Positions 58,124 through 64,000 of a stretch of DNA of 64,000 nucleotides are shown piece by piece. Under the pieces are notes generated by a model, which was not told the DNA's origin, did not search any database, and was given only the letters and a program-made list of their open reading frames with translations. A program made the position numbers and the translations under genes. Source of the DNA: Candidatus Eiseniibacteriota bacterium (GTDB lineage Bacteria > Eisenbacteria > RBG-16-71-46 > JABDJR01); assembly GCA_963762255.1 (NCBI GenBank), contig CAVXKA010000003.1:192001-256000 (forward strand). The letters are read 5' to 3'. Every line of letters begins with the position of its first letter. The stretch's first letter is position 1.

Positions 58124-58489
58124 TCACGCCCGAGGACTTCCGGGGTCGGGCAGGTCCGTGCCGGTGCGGATCGCCGGCGCCTCGGCGAGTTCCACGACCA
58201 CTTCGCCCGCCTCGACGGATACCCGGTGGACCGCGACGAAGGCCTCGTCGTCGAACGGCGAGAGCCCGCTCTTCAAGTCGAAGCACCAGCCGTGCCACGG
58301 GCAGACCACATTCTCCCCGTCCAGGTATCCCTCGGAGAGGCTCGCACCCATGTGCGGGCAAGCGTCGTCCACGACGAACACGCGCTCCCCGCGCCGGTAA
58401 ACGGCGAGGACGATGCCGTCCACCGTGACGCGAGAGCCCTCCGATTCGGAGAGCGCCGCAAGAGGGCCAATGTCGTGGCGACCGGACAT
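58124..58489 (-). CDS. Rieske [2Fe-2S] ferredoxin
   Basis: CPHMG and CPWHGW motifs. Confidence 0.9.
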   Translation of the reverse strand: MSGRHDIGPLAALSESEGSRVTVDGIVLAVYRRGERVFVVDDACPHMGASLSEGYLDGENVVCPWHGWCFDLKSGLSPFDDEAFVAVHRVSVEAGEVVVELAEAPAIRTGTDLPDPGSPRA

Positions 58490-58589
58490 GGAGTTCTCCT
58501 TGCGCTTGGGATGCCCGAATAGATCGGGGGAGTTGCGGCGAAGTTTAGCTCTCGCCTCGCTCCCACTTTCGCCGCCGGGCGGCCGGAAC

Positions 58590-59621
58590 TTACCACGGAG
58601 TCAGCACCACCTTGCCGAAGACGGCCCGCTCCTCGAGAAGCCGGTGCCCCTCCCGCACCTCGTTCATCGGCAGGACCCGGTCGATCACCGGCGCGAGCTC
58701 GCCCCGTTCCAGGAGCCGCAGCACCTCGTGCACTTCGCTTCGCGAGCCCATGGTGGAGCCCAGGAGCGAGAGGCTCTTGAAGAAGACGTGCGGAAGCGAG
58801 GTCATCGCCTCGGTACCGCTGGTGTTGCCGCAGATCACGAGGCGCCCGCCGACGGCAAGACTGCGGATGTTGCCCTCCCACGTGTCCTTGCCGATGTGAT
58901 CCACGATCACGTCCACCCCCCGCTTGCCGGTGAGGCGACGGACCTCCGCCACGAAGTCTTCGGTGCGGTAGTCGATCCCCGCTTCCGCGCCCAGCTCCCC
59001 GGCCCGCCGCAGCTTTTCGGCGCTTCCCGCCGTGACGAGGATGCGCGCACCGAGCAGCGCGGCAATCTGAATGGCCGCGGTGGACACTCCGCTGCCGGCG
59101 GCGTGAATGAGCACGGTCTCCCCCGGGCGGACCCGCGCACGGGCAACCAACATGTGCCAGGCCGTGAGGAAGACGAGCGGCGCCGCAGCCGCCTCTTCGA
59201 ACGAGAGACTCTCCGGCTTCGCGAGGATGTTGCGGGCGGGGACCACGACGAAGTCGGCGCAGGTGCCGTCGCGGTGCTCGCCGAGGATTCTGTACCGGCG
59301 ACAGAGATGGTCGTCTCCTCGCGCGCACACCTCGCAGACGCCGCACGCCACCCCGGGGGCCAGCACGCACGCCATGCCCGCCTCGATGCCCTCGACTCCC
59401 TCCCCCACGCGATCCACGAGCCCGGCGCCGTCGCAGCCGGGGGTGAGGGGCAAGGGATAGCGGACGCCGGGCACCCCCCGCCGCACCCAGATGTCCAGAT
59501 GGTTGAGGGCCGCGGCCCGGATGCGAACCCGGACTTCGCCCGGTCCGGGCTCGGGATCGGGCAGTTCGGCAAGGGTGAGGGCCTCGGGTCCCCCATGCTC
59601 GTGAACGCGTACAGCGCGCAT
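58590..59621 (-). CDS. Zinc-binding alcohol dehydrogenase / quinone oxidoreductase (MDR family)
   Basis: SD AGGAGG; LNHLD, PGCDGAG, CGVCEVC...C structural zinc, AAGSGV, GKVVL. Confidence 0.9.
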   Translation of the reverse strand: MRAVRVHEHGGPEALTLAELPDPEPGPGEVRVRIRAAALNHLDIWVRRGVPGVRYPLPLTPGCDGAGLVDRVGEGVEGIEAGMACVLAPGVACGVCEVCARGDDHLCRRYRILGEHRDGTCADFVVVPARNILAKPESLSFEEAAAAPLVFLTAWHMLVARARVRPGETVLIHAAGSGVSTAAIQIAALLGARILVTAGSAEKLRRAGELGAEAGIDYRTEDFVAEVRRLTGKRGVDVIVDHIGKDTWEGNIRSLAVGGRLVICGNTSGTEAMTSLPHVFFKSLSLLGSTMGSRSEVHEVLRLLERGELAPVIDRVLPMNEVREGHRLLEERAVFGKVVLTPW

Positions 59622-59713
59622 GGATCGGCCTCCTGTTTCAGGGATCGCAGGATTCTGCCAGACTCGACCCGGCCGCACCACGCCCGGTTGTGCCTGTCAC
59701 TTCAAGGCTGTCG

Positions 59714-59742
59714 TTGACTATGTCGGCACCTGGGCGTAAGAT
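59714..59742 (+). promoter_or_regulatory. sigma70 promoter
   Basis: TTGACT-N17-TAAGAT, 27 nt upstream of ATG 59769. Confidence 0.6.
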
Positions 59743-59768
59743 TTCGGACCCGGAGACCCCAAAATCTC

Positions 59769-60830
59769 ATGGCCCCACCCTCAGCGCTCACCCTGGAGAT
59801 CGAACCTCGCTCGCGCTTCGACGTCATCGACGTCCGATCGCGCGTTGCTGCCAGGTTTAGCGAGTTTTTTCGTAAATACCGCAACACGGTCTACTCCTCC
59901 CACCACACAACCGCAGGGTATCTGGAGCAGAGCTTCTGCGCGCGACTCAACCACGATCGGGATTCGGTGCAGGGATTCGTGGCCTCCTACGAGCAGCTCT
60001 TTCCCCCGGGGGCGGACTACCAGCACGATCGGCTCCACCTGCGGAGCGAACTGAGCGAGGAGCAGCGGCAACGGGAGCCCAAGAATGGGCACTCCCACCT
60101 CACCTTCATCGGGTCGGGGCTCAAGAACTGCGTCACCTACTCGAATGACACCGAGGAGCCCGTCTACCTCATCGAGCTGGACGGCATCCACGAGGACGCC
60201 GTCCGCCGGCGCTGGACCACGGTGATCGGCTACAACCACGAGGAGGTCGTTCACCGCTTCCGGGCCGAAGTGCCCATCTCACACCACGCCATCGATTCGG
60301 TGAACCTCAAGGATCCCCGCTACGGGCTTTACGACGAGTTGCGTCGCGTCCTCGAGAAGTACGAGGTCCGTAAGGGGCGCATCGACGTGTCGTTGGCCCA
60401 CACGGAGCGCCACGCCGCGCTGACCGTCAACGAATACGAAACCCTGCTCATGAAGCACGACTTCGCCGAAGTCCTCCGCAACCCGCTCTACTTCATCGCC
60501 GAGAAGAGCCGGAACATGTTTCTTGACCCGCGGTCGGTCCCGGCCAAGGCCCTCAACTACGCGAAGTACGACTTCGTCCAGGTGCTCAACGAGGTCATGG
60601 ACAAGTTGGGCGCCACCAACTCGGGTCTGGAACGGGCGGTGGACAAGCTGCTGGCGCTTCCCGCGGCCCGCGCGCTGCGCATGAAACGCTCGGTCAGCCT
60701 GGTGGTCGACGACGGGGCCGGAGCGGCTGCCATCCTCGAGGGTACCTACCAGAGCCCGATCCTCATGCAATGGCGCCACGCCCAGAGTCGCACCCGGGTC
60801 CTCGATATCACCCTCACTCGATTCGAGTAG
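59769..60830 (+). CDS. Uncharacterised protein resembling a tandem duplication of the YjbQ/UPF0047 fold
   Basis: N-half HHTTAG...YQHD...NGHSHL...LIELDG..R; C-half HAALTVNE...EGTYQ..ILMQW...R. Confidence 0.55.
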   Translation: MAPPSALTLEIEPRSRFDVIDVRSRVAARFSEFFRKYRNTVYSSHHTTAGYLEQSFCARLNHDRDSVQGFVASYEQLFPPGADYQHDRLHLRSELSEEQRQREPKNGHSHLTFIGSGLKNCVTYSNDTEEPVYLIELDGIHEDAVRRRWTTVIGYNHEEVVHRFRAEVPISHHAIDSVNLKDPRYGLYDELRRVLEKYEVRKGRIDVSLAHTERHAALTVNEYETLLMKHDFAEVLRNPLYFIAEKSRNMFLDPRSVPAKALNYAKYDFVQVLNEVMDKLGATNSGLERAVDKLLALPAARALRMKRSVSLVVDDGAGAAAILEGTYQSPILMQWRHAQSRTRVLDITLTRFE

Positions 60831-60948
60831 CGCCGCCCCTCACGATTTTTTCAAGAATTGTTTGTGACCTCTGCGCGGTTGCCTGAATCTTACCCGTGAA
60901 CCCCAAGCGCGGGGCGTCTGGTCCGAACCACCGAGGAGGAGGTGTTCC

Positions 60949-62445
60949 ATGGTCCATCCACGCCCCAGTTCGTCCCGTCTCATGCTCCTGCTGCTTGCCA
61001 CGATCGGGCTGACCCTGCCCGCCATCCCGGCCCGTGCTGCCGAGGCCGCCTCCGGCGACTACATCCTGATCGGCTGGAACGATCTGGGCATGCACTGCTC
61101 CAACCGAAACTTCGCCGATCTGACCGTGCTTCCCCCGTACAACACGGTGTGGGCGACTCTGATTCGACGAGGATCGCCCACCCAACCGCCCCAGGTCGTG
61201 GCTTCCGGCTACCGGGTCAGCTACAGCATTCTCGACAACACTTACTCGGTGGGAAAGACCGACTTCTGGACCTACGCGCCTCAGGTCTTCGGGGTGGCAC
61301 TGCCCCCGAACATCGGCCTCACCGGGAAGGGGCTCACCGGCGACATGGATGCCGCCGCCGATCATTTCCACGTCGAAGGAATCCCCCTCACCCCGTTCAC
61401 CGACAGTGACCTGACGCACGAGCAGCCATACCAGCTCGGGCGCCTCGAGGCCTTCGACGGCCTGAACAACGTCCTTGCCACAACCGAGATCGTGGTCCCG
61501 GTCTCGAACGAGATGATGTGCGCCAACTGTCACCAGCCGCGCAGCGGCGAGACGGTGGAGCATGCCATCCTCCGCAAGCACGATTCGGAGGAAGAGACGA
61601 ATCTCGCCAACTCCACGCCGGTGTTGTGCGCGGGCTGCCACGGCAGCAACGCACTCGGTCTGCCCGGAAACCCCGAGCTGGGGAGTCTGTCCGAGGTAAT
61701 GCACGTCAAGCACGCCGAGTACACCGACGACTGCTACCAGTGCCACCCCGGTCCGAACACGCAATGCCTGCGCGACGTGATGTCCACCGAATACAGCATG
61801 ACCTGCCAGGACTGCCATGGGTCCATGCTGGAGGTAGGGACATCGCTCGCCGAGGGGCAACGACAGGCCTGGCTCGAGGAGCCTCGGTGCGGCACCTGCC
61901 ACGGCGCGGCCTACAGCGAGGCCCCGAACACGCTCTTCCGCAACTCACACAACGGGCACGGGAACCTCTACTGCCCGACCTGCCACTCCAGCCCGCACGC
62001 GATTCTTCCCTCGCGCGAGGAGCGGGACAACCGGCAGAACGTGGCGCTGCAGGGGCACGCGGGCACGCTCGATCGATGCGACGTGTGCCACGGCTACACC
62101 CCGGCCGGAGCGGGTCCGCACGGCGTCGCGGTCACCGCAGTGGGCGATGGAATCCCCGATGCGCGGCCGGTGCTGCTCCTTTCGCCCGCACCCAACCCGT
62201 TCCGAGCCCGCACCGAGATCAGCTATCGCGTCCTGGACGAGTCCCCCGTCCGGCTCTCCATCTACGACGTGAGCGGGCGCGAGGTGCGGGTGCTTACCGC
62301 GAACTCGCAGACGCCGGGTTCCCACACTCTCGTGTGGGATGGCGCCGAGTCGAACGGGGCCCGGTCACCGTCGGGGATGTACTTCGTCAGGCTTATGACC
62401 GGAGGAAAGACGGCAACTTCAAAGCTGATGAAGCTGGAGCCATAG
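60949..62445 (+). CDS. Secreted multiheme c-type cytochrome (7 CxxCH) with FlgD/T9SS-like CTD
   Basis: SD GAGGAGG; signal peptide; WNDLGMHC; CANCH, CAGCH, CYQCH, CQDCH, CGTCH, CPTCH, CDVCH; PNPF...IYDVSGREVR...WDG...SGMYF. Confidence 0.9.
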   Translation: MVHPRPSSSRLMLLLLATIGLTLPAIPARAAEAASGDYILIGWNDLGMHCSNRNFADLTVLPPYNTVWATLIRRGSPTQPPQVVASGYRVSYSILDNTYSVGKTDFWTYAPQVFGVALPPNIGLTGKGLTGDMDAAADHFHVEGIPLTPFTDSDLTHEQPYQLGRLEAFDGLNNVLATTEIVVPVSNEMMCANCHQPRSGETVEHAILRKHDSEEETNLANSTPVLCAGCHGSNALGLPGNPELGSLSEVMHVKHAEYTDDCYQCHPGPNTQCLRDVMSTEYSMTCQDCHGSMLEVGTSLAEGQRQAWLEEPRCGTCHGAAYSEAPNTLFRNSHNGHGNLYCPTCHSSPHAILPSREERDNRQNVALQGHAGTLDRCDVCHGYTPAGAGPHGVAVTAVGDGIPDARPVLLLSPAPNPFRARTEISYRVLDESPVRLSIYDVSGREVRVLTANSQTPGSHTLVWDGAESNGARSPSGMYFVRLMTGGKTATSKLMKLEP

Positions 62446-62460
62446 CGGGCGAGGGTATGC

Positions 62461-64000
62461 CTAGAGATCGACGTACTTGGGGCCACCGCCCCCTTCCGGG
62501 GGGAGCCAGGTGATGATCTCGTAGGGGTCCGCGATGTCGCAGGTCTTGCAGTGCACGCAGTTCGAGAAGTTGATCTGAAGCTTCTTCCCCGAGCGCGTGT
62601 CCCCTTCCACCATCTCGTAGACCCCTGCCGGACAGAAGTGCTGGCAGGGGTTTCCGAATTCCTCGACGCAGCGGGTGGCACAGATGTCGGTGTCGCTCAC
62701 TATTAGGTGGGAGGGCTGATCCTCCTCGTGAATGGTCCCCGACTTGAACACGTCGCTCATCTTGTCGAAGGTGAGCGTACCGTCGAACTTCATCGGTTCC
62801 GGGCGGGTGCCGCCCAGAGCGGAGAGCTTGCGCATGTGGGTATGGTCCTTGGCCACCCGCGTGTTGTCGCCGAACCCGCTCCCCCCGGTCATCATCAGCA
62901 AGGCCGCGTTGGCCATGCCGGCCCAGCGTCCACCCTGGAATCCCTGATGGAAGTTGCGCCCCTTGTAGAGTTCCGCGCGCGCACGACTCGTTTCGAAGAG
63001 CCGATCGTAGTGCGACAGTCCGGCCTCCGAGAAGTCCCTCTGCTTCAACGCCTCGAAAACGGCCTTTGCCGCCAGCATGCCGCTCTCGATGGCCAGATGG
63101 ATCCCCTTGAGTCGCTCCGCATTCAGGAAGGCGGCCGCGTCGCCGACGATGAGCGCCCCCGGCAGCACGCGCTTGGGCATGGAGAACCACCCGCCGAGCG
63201 GAAGCGTCTTGGCGCCGTACGTGAGCAGTTCTCCTCCCTCGAGGATGCGCCGCACGAAAGGATGGGTCTTGTAGCGCTGGAACTCGCGATGGGGATCGGT
63301 GAACGGGCTGCGGGCGTCGAGGCCGATCACGAGGCCGAGCGACACCTTGTCGCCGGCCATGCCGTAGATCCATCCGCCCCCGTAGGTGCGTCTGTCCGTC
63401 GGAAAGCCCATCGTGTGAACCACGGCCCCGGGCTTCACGCGGCCAGCCGGCACTTTCCAGACTTCCTTCACCCCGGTGCCGTAGGTCTGCGGCGTGATCC
63501 CGTTCAGGTACCGGTCGCGGACGAGTTGTTTGGTGAGGTTGCCCCGAGTGCCTTCGGCAAGCACCGTCACCTTGGCCTTGATGTCCACGCCCGGCTCAAA
63601 GTTCGGCTTCCGTGCGCTGTGCTTGTCGATGCCCTTGTCGCCGGTTCGCACGCCGACGATCGCGTCCCCCTCGGTGAGGAGCGCGGCCGCGGGAAAGCCC
63701 GCGAAGACGTCCACGCCACGCTTCTCCGCCTGCTCGGCGAGCCATCGCACAACGTGGTAGAGCGACACGACGACGTTGCCGTGGTTCTGCACCGAGGGGG
63801 GGGTGAACGGGAACTTGATCGACTTCGTCCGCGTGAGGTAATAAAGCGCGTCCTCGGTGACGGGCGACTCGACCGGGCACCCCGCTTCGCGCCAGTCGGG
63901 GATGAGCGCGTCGAGGCCGCGCGGATCCATCACCGCGCCGGAGAGGCTGTGCGCTCCCGGCTCGGCCGCCTTCTCGATCACCGCGATGGCCGGTTCGAGC
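62461..64000 (-). CDS. Electron transfer flavoprotein-quinone oxidoreductase (5' end outside the window)
   Basis: EKAAEPGAHSLSGA, GVKEVW, GGGWIY, GDAAAFLN..RLKGIHLA; 4Fe-4S motifs FCPAGVYE and NCVHCKTCDI, WLPPEGGGGP. Confidence 0.93.
   Translation of the reverse strand, partial: LEPAIAVIEKAAEPGAHSLSGAVMDPRGLDALIPDWREAGCPVESPVTEDALYYLTRTKSIKFPFTPPSVQNHGNVVVSLYHVVRWLAEQAEKRGVDVFAGFPAAALLTEGDAIVGVRTGDKGIDKHSARKPNFEPGVDIKAKVTVLAEGTRGNLTKQLVRDRYLNGITPQTYGTGVKEVWKVPAGRVKPGAVVHTMGFPTDRRTYGGGWIYGMAGDKVSLGLVIGLDARSPFTDPHREFQRYKTHPFVRRILEGGELLTYGAKTLPLGGWFSMPKRVLPGALIVGDAAAFLNAERLKGIHLAIESGMLAAKAVFEALKQRDFSEAGLSHYDRLFETSRARAELYKGRNFHQGFQGGRWAGMANAALLMMTGGSGFGDNTRVAKDHTHMRKLSALGGTRPEPMKFDGTLTFDKMSDVFKSGTIHEEDQPSHLIVSDTDICATRCVEEFGNPCQHFCPAGVYEMVEGDTRSGKKLQINFSNCVHCKTCDIADPYEIITWLPPEGGGGPKYVDL

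Noticed and set aside
60840-60900. CRP/FNR/Rex site upstream of the cytochrome gene (TTGTGA half-site)
   Set aside because: Only one half-site matches, which is not enough support.
53574-62445. Subtilase as the dedicated maturase of the cytochrome (OzpA/OmcZ analogy)
   Set aside because: The genes are about 5 kb apart, on opposite strands, and separated by unrelated genes. There is no sequence evidence for a link.

Overview
High-GC bacterial chromosomal segment with no CRISPR array, rRNA, integrase or transposase visible. The gene content suggests an FCB-related candidate lineage such as Eisenbacteria, Latescibacterota or Krumholzibacteriota; this is inferred from the many PNP...WDG...G(I/V/M)YF C-terminal Ig (FlgD/T9SS-like) domains and a C-terminal TWGxxxxLY tail. 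Housekeeping blocks are kgd/sucA, gltX-glnS-tRNA-Gln-tRNA-Glu, uvrA-rarA, exbBD, two CNNM/CBS genes, a ppiD-like gene, a folB-folK-dNK-panB-panC-glmU(N)-HIT-LytR_C operon and ETF-QO. Between them sits a large secreted-protein repertoire: a cohesin-like scaffold, an FN3/beta-helix protein, two tandem giant C25 proteases with FG-GAP propellers, a dockerin-like Cys-rich protein, a subtilase and a 7-heme cytochrome c. The most notable observations are: (1) a self-contained sigma54 circuit (PAS kinase, NtrC-type activator, tandem palindromes, IHF-like sites, -24/-12 promoter) whose apparent output is a lone receiver protein plus a histone-H1-like Lys-rich peptide; (2) a one-base frameshift in that kinase; (3) a multiheme cytochrome carrying the same C-terminal sorting-like domain as the secreted proteases; (4) shared palindromic motifs flanking a compositionally mosaic FN3/beta-helix gene; (5) an SPFH/zinc-ribbon operon partly missed by the ORF track. 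All family calls come from recognising motifs by eye; no database searches were run.
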